From assembly GCA_964016885.1 (NCBI GenBank), contig OZ024742.1, forward strand, positions 312,418,001-312,482,000: DNA of 64,000 bases. Direction: 5' to 3'. Below, piece after piece: positions 26,924-38,782 of the stretch (position 1 is the stretch's first letter; each line of letters starts with the position of its first letter). The notes under the pieces are model-generated. The model had not been told where the DNA came from, ran no database searches, and saw only the letters and a list, made by a program, of their open reading frames with translations. The stretch is from Eledone cirrhosa (lineage: Eukaryota). Both the position numbers and the translations under genes were made by a program.

Positions 26924-27177
26924 GAAGACGCATGGCTTAGTGGTTAGAAAATTGGATTCGCAATCTCACAATTGCGGGTTAAATTCTCGAACTGGATGAT
27001 GCGTTGTGTCCTTGAACAAGACACTTTATTTCACATTGCTCCTTCTGCCAGGAGTTGCAACCAGTACATAGTATCAGCAATGGAAAGACGAATGGAAACA
27101 TTGTTTCCTTGAACCGATTTGACAAGGCCCACCCCACTCAGCAAGCGAATGAGGTCTGGGATCTTGTCGATCAATCA
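26924..27177 (+). mobile_element. tRNA-derived SINE family S4, inserted in a MITE-B
   Basis: Same head and CORE-like block as S1, then a different 3' part (GGAAACATTGTTTCCT..CTGGGATCTTGTCGAT). Confidence 0.8.
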
Positions 27178-27520
27178 GAGGGAATAATATAACTTGTCAT
27201 TTTTAAGCTGGTGTTTAAAACAAAATTTTATTCATAAAATTATGACGGAAATTTTTTTAAATAAATATGAATACTTTCAAACAAACAGCTATGTATTATA
27301 GAAACCAGGAGCAATTTCAGGCATTTTGGTAGCAAAAGTACTCTCAGTACAGCCATAGTCTATCAGAGTTAATCAGGGCTAAACAACAATGACTGACATG
27401 GAAAATATAGTCCAACGTAAGGTATGTCAATAAAAACAATATCGGATAGCACCATGGCTGGAATGTCTTTGATTCTAAAGTCTGTTAGTCAGAGCTCTCC
27501 TAGAGCTAATTATTAAATGC

Positions 27521-27560
<40 letters not shown>

Positions 27561-28297
27561 ATCTTACTACCTGAATTCTAATTTAAGTATGGTTTAATCA
27601 AGAATTTCCAAAAGGTATAAAAAAATTAAAAAAATAAAAACTAATAATGATTTCTAATTTAGGCACAAGGCCAACTACTTGTGGGGAGGGGAAAGTTATT
27701 ATATTGACCCCAGTACGTGACTGGTACATTATTTTATTGACCCCAGAAAGATGAAAAGCAAAGTTGACATTGGCTGGATTTGAACACAGAATGTTAAGCG
27801 CTGAAACAAATACCCAAGCATTTTACCCAACACCCCCATTGTTTCTAATTGAGGCACAAGAGAAGGGAGAGTCAAATCAACCCCAGTATTTGACTGGTAC
27901 TATATTTTGACACCCTCCTACCAAAGAGTGAAAAGGTAATGCTGACCTCAACAAGATTTGAACACAGAATGTAATGGGTTGTAACTAAACAGCAAAACAT
28001 TTTGTTCACCATTCTAACCTGTTGCACCAATATTTTCTAACATAAAATTTATAGAGAAGAGGTAGTAAGTATAGATGATATAAATTGACCAATATATATT
28101 ACTGGTATTTTTACTATGTTTCATTCAAAATAGGTGCACCATGTCCCCACCTGCATATCATAAGAGGTGATAAGAATTGGCACCGGGAAAGGAATCCAGT
28201 CACAAAGCACCTCAAAAAGGACCTCGTGGTGAACATGATTAAAACTGTATGGTTAACTATAACTAACCCTTATTTTAGCAGGGGAAATAACCTTTAA

Positions 28298-28461
28298 ACC
28301 TTTAGCATTTAAACCGGCCATAATTCTCTCACCTCTTTCGGTTCAAACCGACCATAACCGCCGATAATAAATAATAACATCATCAAAATCTCATAGATTC
28401 AATATTATGCGAGATAAAGTCTTTATCGCGAAAATACAATAGTAATGTAAACACTAAAGGG
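28298..28461 (-). mobile_element. MITE-A (internally deleted)
   Basis: TTAA|ACCTTTAGCATTTA...TAAACACTAAAGGG|TTAA. Confidence 0.8.
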
Positions 28462-30041
28462 TTAAACACTTGTGAAGTATACTACTAGATATACAAAATT
28501 CACATACTTATATGTATACAGCTATGTTGGAGCGTTAACTTTAATTCTATTTACAGGCTGAGCCAGCTTCACAGCTCCACATGCAAATGAGGCTAACTAT
28601 ATATTTTCTCTTGTTTCAAATTACAACAGAGAGCAGGGTGGGGGAAGCACTGCCCTGATGACGGCCTGAACCAAAATAGCATGTTGGCAGTTGTCCCCAC
28701 TGCTTCTGCTGGAATCTGCTAGCCGGCAGCTTTTCAATATTCACAGCTAAAAGGCTTTCCAAATGTTTATTTGTAAACATGCTATATATCATTAGATATA
28801 CAAAATTCACATGTATACAGCTATGTCGGAGCAAAAACTTTAATTCTACTGGTATTTATTTTATGAACCCCAACCCATCCCCACCCAGATGGATGAAAGA
28901 TAAAGATGACTCTGGAAGAATTTAAACAACAATCAGAATTAAAATAAATTTAAATTTTGTTCTCAGAGTCACATGAAATCTAGGTATAAACAGATGGCAT
29001 TTGTATGGCTACTTAATTATATATTTATGTAGTTATCAATTTAGAAAAATTGAGTTGAACAGGTAACATATATAAAAAAGGAGGATATATTTGTTAGTGT
29101 TGGTTGGGTTGGGGTAGAGGCAGTGAGGAGTGGGGGGGGGGGGGAACAGGTGTAAGAATTTGAAATCTCTAAAAGGTAAAAAAAGAAAAGAAAAAGAAAA
29201 AAGAAAAGAAAAATAGAAAAAAAAAGTTTATGAATAAACAAACTGTTTGCAAAGTTTCCCTGAACAAAAGAGAGGTGGGTGAATGATAGGTGAGAAAAAT
29301 AGAGAATAAATGAATGAATGAAGGAAGGAAGGAGAGAGAGAATGAAAACAGGTTCTGTATTGGGTGTGGTAAGATTTGTTTAGACACATACATAACTACA
29401 CGTACATACATAGATACATAAGTATGTGTACATACATAATACACACATAACTACACATAGATAATTCACATATGCACACATAACTACACATACATAATAC
29501 GCACATGTATACACACATAACTACACATACATAATAGACACACACTTGTCTGTTGTGCTCATAATTTTGGCATTAATATACTGGTTGGATGCCCTTCTTA
29601 TCACCAGCACCACTTTACAGCATGGACTGGGTGCTTTTATTCGTGCCACCAGCACTAGAGAGGTTGTCTTACTGGATTCAGGGGCCCTCTCAACCCCATA
29701 CTTTGGCATGGTTTTTAATGGCAGAATGCCACTTCCATTTCCTCCATTTTACAGCATGAACTGGGTGCTTTTATTTGTGCCACCACATTAGGGAAGTCGT
29801 CTTACAGGGCTTCTCCACCCCGCATATAATTTATTCGGAGTGGTAGCTCTCCTAGATGGGTTGCCTACACTACGGCTTACAGAGCCTCTGCCCGCCCCGT
29901 GACTACTCTGAGTGGATCTGGGCCACTAGTCAACTATATTAACTCTTAGTGAGTCTACATTTGTCATATGGAGGGCAGCTGGGGAATTGAAAGCGATGAA
30001 GAGATTTTTGGGGAGTGGGTTTAAGGTGCTATATACACACA

Positions 30042-30107
<66 letters not shown>

Positions 30108-31264
30108 AGAAGGGATATTCAATTTGTTGGTAATTCAACAAATATAAATGTTTATAACTGATTCAGAGCACTCAACAGATTTTCTGGAGTATGATCCTAC
30201 CTTTTTAAAAATTTAAATGTAAATTTTTTAAATATTTTTTATATTTCTAAATTTTTTAATATCTCTAATATTTATAATATTTTTAATATATATATATTTA
30301 ATATTTTAATTTCCGACTCCATTTTAATTCTGGCATTACTTTTCTAAGGACACCCCTCTAAATATATTTTCTAGATGTAGATTGATAATCTTTAAATGAC
30401 ATTCTGAAAATTTATCCTCTTAATGATAGATCTTCGAAAAGCACATTACATTTTTCCTCTCTCTTTTTGTTATTCAAACATTCACACATCTTTCGACTAA
30501 AATAATGGATCTCACATAAAATAATATATAATTTTCTCCATATATTTTGGAGTAAATCACTCATCAAATTTAACGGTTAACAAAAAAATTGAAGTTACTT
30601 TTCCTTTCTGAATCGTGCAAACATAAACATATGTTTGGGAATCTATATAACTTCGCTAAATTAACAATATTCTGAAAACATTTTCAATGTTAAACAAAAT
30701 TTTTGAATCCACAGATTGTTCTACTCTCACAACTTGAATCACCTATTTTTAAGTAAAATACAAAATCAACATCCTTCGTAACTCATATTTGATATATAAA
30801 CAACTAATAATTGTAAATTATCTCTATCTCTATACTATAATACTAATACATACGCAATTATTAATCTATATGATATTTATATATATATATAACCTATCGT
30901 AATATAATAACATAAAAATACTTACAACCATAATTCTTCATATAATCTAATTGATTATATATACAATATTATAACTCCTAATATAGGTAAATAAATTTAA
31001 ATTTAAACTCTGGAATCATATTCCACTTTTTTCCCCAAAATTAACATAAATGCTAGCTCTTCTTCTTTTCTCTTCTTTCCTACGCATACAATAACTTAAT
31101 CATAATTATTTAAATTTTCCATAGCGTCTAAAATAACGTTTTTTTTTCACCCCTTTTACCTAAACCTCATTTGCACACTCATCTTAATAATTTGAAATAT
31201 CTGACTTTTCTTCTCTTATCCCTTCATAACCTTGGTTATGTCAAAACTTATAAAACACACTTCG

Positions 31265-31325
31265 TATTTTATCTGATGATAGTGTACCAAAATGTTGCTA
31301 CCCTTGAAATATATATAATAGAATA
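31265..31325 (+). ncRNA. Minimal type I hammerhead ribozyme motif (Penelope-like element type)
   Basis: Stem I TATTTTAT/ATAGAATA; core CTGATGA (31273-31279); stem II AGTGTACCAA/TTGCTACCCT (8 of 10 paired); GAAA (31306-31309); 2-bp stem III with palindromic ATAT loop; AUA cleavage triplet ending at 31317. Confidence 0.7.
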
Positions 31326-31368
31326 AATATGGTTTTATAAATTTAGTTTTCCATTTATTTAATATCAT

Positions 31369-31417
<49 letters not shown>

Positions 31418-32519
31418 CATCATGAAGAGAGAAGAAACATTAGATATAATTAGTAATAATATATATCATACCTAAACTGCTTCTATAGTCCCCGACTACA
31501 TAGTTTCGTGGCATATTATGCAAAAACACTACATCATAGAGATATAGAGTTTTTGTGAGGTCTGCCAACTTATCAAGAGGATACCTCATTAAGGGTTTCA
31601 AAACACGTCTGTGATGTGCGAGATAGAATCTCGAAAAGGCGGAGGGGGAGTCAATCACATGATACAGCGGTCAAGAAACAGAGCTAAGCCCCTTATAACC
31701 CTGAAAAAAATACCACGGAGGCGGAGGGGTATTCATATCAAAGCTGTATATAATCCATACATGCACACACACACATACATAAACACAGCCAGCCTTACAT
31801 ATATGTACAAAAGTATATCGCTGTACATATACATAAACACACACACAGATCCACATACACACACACCCAGCCTTACAAATATGTACAAAAATATATTCCT
31901 ACACACATACACGCATGCACGCACGCACGCAAACCACAGACCCATCATTCATGTGTAGTAACTATATATATGGGAGAGAGAGATGTATGCCTTTACAGGT
32001 CTATACATACAAACATATACATACATAGGCACACACTAGTATTGACCTCCATGTACACATGCATACAACCACATACTTAAAAACTAAAAGATCTACCCAC
32101 ATAAATCCACCCACCAAACCCCTCAGAGAGCCATCCATTCAGATAGAAATGCAATAGAATTGTTGACACTAATACAAAAAAAACCCTAAGGCTCTAAATA
32201 TCTCTCCACACCCCCACTTACCTCTCAGTGCCCCACCCAAACCATGTCACCCTGTTTGTTTCTCCCCCACCCTACAGGAAACATTTAATTGCTGCTACAA
32301 GATCAGTTCTCTTCAACTAATAGTACCAAGCAGTCCCTTCAATATTACCCCCCCCCCCCCCCCACACACACACACACAATCACCACCACCATATATGTAA
32401 AGGTGGTGGTGGGGGGTAGAAGAGTTGTACATGGGTGGGAATTTGAGAGGGAGAAAGAAAGGAAAAGAGGGATTGGGAGGGGCTGGGCAAGGATGAGCTG
32501 ATGAAAGGAAACAAATAGA

Positions 32520-32800
32520 GAAAGGTGAAGACAGCAAATGAAAATGAGATGAATGTGAGGATGAGTGATAGAAAGAGAGAGGGAGGGAGAGAGGGTGGAG
32601 AGGAGGAGAGGGAGATGGAAAGAGAGGGAGGGAGAGGAGGAGAGGGAGATGGAAAGAGGGAGGGAGAGGAGGAGAGGGAGAGGGAAAGAGAGAAGGAGAG
32701 GGAAAGAGAGGAGAGGGTGAGGGAAAGAGAGGAGAGGGTGAGGGAAAGAGGGGAGAGGGAGAGGGAAAGAGAGAGCAAGAGAGACGGGGGGGGGGGACTA
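32520..32800. repeat. Polypurine (GA-rich) low-complexity tract
   Basis: Near-continuous G/A with GAGGGAAAGAGAGGA sub-repeats. Confidence 0.95.
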
Positions 32801-33259
32801 ACCAGAAAAAGAGAGATAATGATTTGAGCACAAGAGCCATGCATGTTGGCATAAAATCGATCAATTGCATATGCCACTCCAATGTATCATTAGTATACTC
32901 TAGATCAGAGGTTCGTACACTTTTTGAGATCCCCCCCCCCCCTGCACCCTATTTCCAGAGAGATCTGCCTACATGCAAATTGTAAATAATATAATATATA
33001 CTATGTATAAATAAATATTATATATTTATTTTAATTTTACTATATTTATATATAATAAGTATCATTTGATTTTAATATACTATTATATCATCTCTACTGA
33101 CCCCTTAGGCCCCAGCGAGCCCCTGGAGCTCATCAACGTTAGTTTTTATTACTTAATTCTTCCAAATTCTCAATTATTTTCAAAATCATTAGGAAATCAC
33201 TGTCTTTTGTTGAAAATATGGTAGAAAAGGGTTAATCAATTTCTGCCTTTATCCTGGTA

Positions 33260-33433
33260 CAAGTAAAATTCCATTATAACAAATACCATTATAACAAATT
33301 TTTCAGTATAGCGAAATTTTTAATCTCCAGCCACAAGTTCGATGTGTTTTGGTCTATATAGTTATAAAGAATTTTTCATTGCAACACATTTTTTTTTATA
33401 CCCAGTGAATTTCTTTATAATTGAATTTCACTG
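33260..33433. mobile_element. Tc1/mariner-pogo-like MITE
   Basis: TA|CAAGTAAAATTC...GAATTTCACTG|TA with internal TTATAAC repeats. Confidence 0.65.
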
Positions 33434-34252
33434 TATAAATTAGAATAAATTCTATGGGAGCTATGTGTGGGAGAGGGTGAGACAAGACAAATTAACAAAG
33501 AAACAGGTAAGTGTTTTCTCGTAGATTCTCGTAGATCCGTAGATTCAATATTATGTGAGATAATCATGAGGTAAAGCCTTTACCATGAAAATATAATAGA
33601 GAATGTGAATGCTAAAAGGTAAAATGCTGATGATGAACCAAAAGTGATTTGGGCAGATTGTTATCATACCAGCAATTCAAGGCCTGCAAATCAGGACACA
33701 ACTACTTCCTCCAAACTAAACTTCAGGGGAAAAAAACAAAACAACTTTGGATGTATGAGGGAGGGAAAAAAATAATTGTGCATAGACAGAGGGCAAGAAA
33801 TTTGGGAAGAGGGTTTAGTTGATTAAATCGACTGCAGAGAGATGAAAGGCAAAGTTGACCTCAGTGGAATTTGAACTCAGAACACTAACAGCAATAACTA
33901 AATACTACCAAGCATTTTGTCTGATGCTCTAAGGATAATAAATACACAAGGGACATGGCATAAACCATGTTAGCAGGATGTAACAAATGAGAATAAAGTG
34001 TATAGATATAATTCCCATAGGGGACCAGAGATTCTATCTAGAAATACCTTGTTTGCTATGTCAATAAAATATAGTAACTAAATCTTATAAAGAACATTCA
34101 ACATTCTCCTGATGTTTTAGTCCCAAGTTAACCCTTTAACCCTTTTGATACCAACCCGCTTGAAACAGCCTCTGTTATTTATATTTATATAAACACTTTC
34201 CATCATATGAACCTTCCTTAAGTTATACTTTAACCCTTTAGCATTTACATTA

Positions 34253-37200
34253 ACATACCCAAAGATAAAGCCAAATTCACCTCGTGGACGAGAATGCAAG
34301 CACTCCTCCTTGTTTCGGCCCAGGATGGCTAACATAACCCCCCCCCCCCCCGCTCCCACCCTCCAAACGCAATCCAAAACTTCAGAGTTGGTACCATGAA
34401 TGTAGGCACCTTAAAGGGTCGCTCTAACGAGGTTGTAGAAATGCTTGAACGTAAGGAGGTCGATGTTTGTTGTATTCAAGAGACCAGGTGGAGGGGAGGG
34501 TCGGCTAGATTCATCGTGGGTAAAGAACGATGCTATAAGCTTTTCTGGGTGGGAAATGACAATGAGTTGGGTGGGGTAGGAATCATGGTAGCAGAAAAGT
34601 GGGCAGATAAGATAATAGACGTAAATAGAGTGAACGACAGAATAATTAAAATAAGACTTGTCCTCAATAAAACTACGGTGACAGTAATATCTGCGTACGC
34701 ACCCCAATCCGGACTGCCCCGCGCTATAAAAGACAGATTCTACGAGACACTGATGCTCGCTACCTCCCAAATAACCGACAGTGACTATATAGTTATTGCA
34801 GGCGACCTAAATGGTCACGTTGGACAACATTGTGACAGCTATGACGGAATCCATGGAGGCTATGGGTTCGGTACTAGAAATGAGGAAGGCTCCAGAATCC
34901 TGGAATTCTGTGACGTAAATAACCTAACTATCTGTAACACTAACTTCAAAAAACGAGACAATCACTTGATCACCTATAGATCGGGGGAACACACAAGCCA
35001 GGTAGATTATATCCTTACCAGAAGACGTGACAGAGTGTCTGTTGTTAACACTAAATCCCACCCCCATGAAGAATTCACCTCCCAACATAGACTGATAATT
35101 AGCGACCTCATAGTCAGGACGAGACGTACTAGACAGCGGAAGAGGACTATCCTCAGGAGAAAAATATGGAGGCTAAAGGACCCCATAGCCAGAAATAAAT
35201 TTCAAAGCATATTACTTGACGCTTTCGACAGTAAGGAAGAGCAATTAGAGTCGTATAATATAGAGGAACAGTGGGAATTCCTGAGAGCAAACCTGCTGAC
35301 GGCGGCAGACGAAGTCTGTGGCTGGAGCAGGCCTGTAGGTAGGAGGAGAGTAACATGGTGGTGGAACAGTAAGGTGGAGGAGTCAATTAAGGCCAAAAAG
35401 CAGGCTTGGAAAGTATGGCGGGATGGGGGAAGTAGAGAAGACTATCAAGTGGCCAGGAGGGAAGCTAGGAGACAAGTGTACTTCGCAAGAAGGGAAGCAG
35501 AGGAAAGAAAGTTCAAGCATGTTCTACAACGTGAGGACCAAAAACGTGAGGTGTTCAGGATTGCCAGGCAATGTGTCAGGAAAACCGTGATATTGTCGGG
35601 GAGAAGTGTGTACTTAACGATGATGGCATACTTGCCATCACCGACGCTGATAAGAAGGTAGCTTGGAAGTGTCACTACGAAAGGCTTCTAAATGAGAACA
35701 AATGAGAGAAAGACAGTCTCCCCCAGATCGATCCAATAGAGGGACCAGCAGTGTTAGTTGAAGGTAGTATAATAAGTAAGGCAATCAAAGATATGAAGAC
35801 GGGTAAGGCGGCTGGGCCTTCGGAAATAGTTACTGAGATGCTGAAGGCATCTGGTTCGGTGGGACACACCATGGTCACCCGGATAGTTAACCAAGTCGTA
35901 CAGAATGGGGTTGTTCCGAAGGAATGGCGTAGCAGCATCATCGTTAACTGCTATAAGGGAAAAGGAGATGCCCTAGATAGGAGTAACTATAGAGGCATTA
36001 AATTAATCGACCAGGTCATGAAGGTCACGGAAAAAGTAATAGCGCAACTAATCAGAGAGAGAATTGATCTAGATGAAATGCAGTTCGGGTTTGTGTCAGG
36101 CAAAAGTACCACAGACGCTCTTTTCATTGTACGACAACTACAGGAGAAGTACCTAGCTAAAAGTAAACCCCTATACTTAGCTTTCGTCGACTTGGAGAAA
36201 GTCTTCGACAGAGTCCCCCGTTCCATTATCTGGTGGTCTCTTAGAAAACTAGGTGTTGACGAATGGCTTGTGAGAGCTATACAAGCCATGTATAAAGAAA
36301 CAGTCAGTAAGGTTAGAATTAACAACGAATATAGTGAAGAGTTTAGCGTAAAAGTTGGTGTCCATCAGGGCTCTGTTCTTAGCCCCCTACTATTTATTAT
36401 TGCCCTTCAGGCTATAACAGAGGAGTTCAAGACCGGCTGCCCATGGGAACTCCTATACGCAGATGATCTAACGCTCATAGCTGAATCAATGACCGAACTA
36501 GAGAAGAAATTCCAAACGTGGAAGCACGGCCTAGAATCAAAAGGCCTTAAAATTAACCTGGCTAAGACTAAAGTTCTAGTTTGTAGGAAAGAAAATAAGG
36601 CGGCGGTCCCATCGGGGAAATGGCCATGCTCAGTGTGTAGGAAAGGCGTAGGTAGAAACTCCATTTTATGTCCCAAATGCAAAGTATGGGTGCATAAAAG
36701 ATGTAGTGGGATCACAGGTAAGCTAACTAAGAACAGAGATTTTACATGTGGCCGGTGCTCTGGTGCAATAAGTAGCAGCAAGTGTCCACAAAATACTAGC
36801 TCCTTCAACTGCGCAGAGGGTTCTATAGAAATAGTGGACAGCTTCCGTTATCTGGGTGACAAAATCAGCAGTGGGGGAGGGTGCTCTGAAAGTACAGTAG
36901 CTAGAGTCAGAACTGGATGGAAAAAGTTCAGAGAGCTTATACCACTATTAGCCGCTAGAGGGTTCTCCCTAAAAATGAAAGGCAGGTTATACGATGCCTG
37001 CATACGAACAGCAATGCTGCATGGCAGTGAGACCTGGGCATTGTGTGCAGAGGATATACGCAGACTAGAGAGGAACGAAGCTTGCATGCTCCGCTGGATG
37101 TGCAATAGTAATATACGTGAACGGCACAGCATAAACGAACTAAGGAAAAAATTAGAAATAAGAGGGATCAGATGTTGTTTACTCGAGAGAAGGCTACGTT

Positions 37201-37918
37201 GGTACGGTCACGTGATGCGCATGAAAGACGACAGCTGTATAACAAAGTGCAGGGCAATAAAGATAGACGGTAGCCACGGAGTAGGCAGACCCAGAAAAAC
37301 ATGGGACGAGCTGATAAATTCCGACCTCACACGCTTACACCTCTCCAAGACAATGTCACTGGACCGAGACCTTTGGCGGTACTCAGTAATAGAGAAGACC
37401 CGCCTTACCTAAATACAAAGTAAAAACCTACTACAGTCAGTAGGCATCTCTATCAAAACACACCCCCGTCCCACCACCTCCACCCCACCCACACCGCCCC
37501 TTTCAATGTAAAGTTATGTTGGTCCCACAACATCCAGGCCGAAACAAATGAGATCGTGTAGGTGTCACGACAAAAAACACACAGTCCACGCTGTAAATGT
37601 GGCCGTGTAGGCAACACGGTAAAAACCTCCCAGCCCCACACTGTAAATGTGGTTGGTGTTAGGAAGGGCATCCAGCTGTAGAAAACCCGCCAGACAGTCC
37701 ACGCTGTAATGTGGCCGTGTAGGCAACACGGTAAAAACCTCCCAGCCCCACACTGTAAATGTGGTTGGTGTTAGGAAGGGCATCCAACTGTAGAAAACCC
37801 GCCAGACAGTCCTATGCGAGCAAGACAACCACTCTTGACTCAAGTGGGAAAACCCCCGTCCAAACCCATGCAAGCGTGGAACACGGACGCTAAACCTGAT
37901 GATGATGATGATGATGAT
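34253..37918 (+). mobile_element. Near full-length RTE-clade non-LTR retrotransposon (LINE), inserted inside a MITE-A copy
   Basis: Single APE+RT polyprotein, ~500-nt 3' UTR and (GAT)n tail. Left junction ...GCATTTACATTA| and right junction ...GATGATTA|CTCTATAT rejoin into the MITE-A consensus (CATTACTCTATAT); ATTA is shared at both ends. Confidence 0.95.
34396..37412 (+). pseudogene. Disrupted LINE polyprotein: APE endonuclease, reverse transcriptase, PHD-like C4HC3 finger
   Basis: APE motifs (VGTMNVGTL, IQETRW, SAYAPQ, GDLNGH, QVDYIL, SQH) in 34396-35580. RT motifs (NYRGIKL, QFGF, AFVDLEK.FDRV, GVHQGSVLSPLLF, YADD, FRYLG, RLRWYGHV, GRPRKTW) in 35751-37412. A 1-nt deletion near 35580 and TGA at 35703-35705 separate the two track ORFs; the linker reads ENRDIVGEKCV...AWKCHYERLLNENK*EKD in the RT frame. 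Confidence 0.95.
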
Positions 37919-38132
37919 TACTCTATATTTACTATTGTATTTTCACAGTAAAGGCTTTATCTCATAATTATCTCACATAACATTGAATCTATGAGATTTT
38001 GATATTTATTTTGAGAACAATACCTTAACACCAGTATGAGTGGTCGGTTACAGCCAGTTTGAACAGAGAAAAGTGAGAGAATTCTTCCCGATATGGTTGG
38101 TTTAAATGCTAAAGGGTTAAGTTATGCTTTAA

Positions 38133-38355
38133 CCTTTTAGCATTTACACTACTCTATATTTACTATTATATTTTCATGATAAAGGCTTTACCTCACATAA
38201 TTATTCCACAAATATCAAATGTATGAGATTTTGATGTTATTTATTTTGAGAACGATACCTTAATGTCAGTATGAGTTTCCAGTTACAGCCAGTTTGAACA
38301 GAAAGAGGTGAAACAATTCTTGTCGGATATAGCGGTCAGTTTAAATACAAAAGGG
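38133..38355 (+). mobile_element. MITE-A, tandem neighbour of the LINE-split copy
   Basis: TTAA|CCTTTTAGCATTTA...TAAATACAAAAGGG|TTAA. Confidence 0.85.
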
Positions 38356-38468
38356 TTAAACACCAGTAATTTCAGTAAACCCCTTAAAATTTTTTAGCAA
38401 TTAATTGAAATAGAGTCTATTTCATTGTCTGAAACCACACCCGTTTCTATGATATGAAACTGCTTTAA

Positions 38469-38782
38469 CCTTTTTGATACCAACCCAGCCAAAACCAGCT
38501 CTGGTTCTCTGAAACAAAACCATTCGTTTTATAGATTCCCTGTTCAAATTTAAATATTCTGACATAATTTTATATAAAGTCCATACTATCTTAATAATGA
38601 TATAATTAGAATTTTAGTAAACCCCTCAGAATTCTTCAGCATTATGTAAGAACCTTTAAGTTGTGTTCCAAACACCAGCTTAATAATGAGATTTGTTATT
38701 TTACTATATTTTTCAAAATTCTTTATTATTTTTAAAATTATTTAAAAAAAGACAACTCGTAAGCAGCATGGTAGCAAAAGGG
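38469..38782 (+). mobile_element. MITE-B (complete)
   Basis: TTAA|CCTTTTTGATACC...GGTAGCAAAAGGG|TTAA. Confidence 0.85.

Larger units (their letters stand above)
34234..38116 (+). mobile_element. MITE-A split by the LINE (34234-34252 plus 37921-38116)
   Basis: Left TIR after TTAA at 34230-34233; remainder and right TIR TAAATGCTAAAGGG|TTAA after the LINE tail. Confidence 0.9.

Noticed and set aside
28487-28848. ~55-bp direct repeats about 300 bp apart as LTRs
   Set aside because: Too short, no TG..CA ends, primer-binding site or TSD; more likely an old local duplication.
32313-32882. Pro/Ser-rich and Glu/Arg-rich ORFs
   Set aside because: Translation of the polypurine tract.
34411-37132. Minus-strand ORFs overlapping the LINE (and plus-strand ORFs at 46510-47127)
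   Set aside because: Antisense shadows of the LINE coding frame with no independent motifs.
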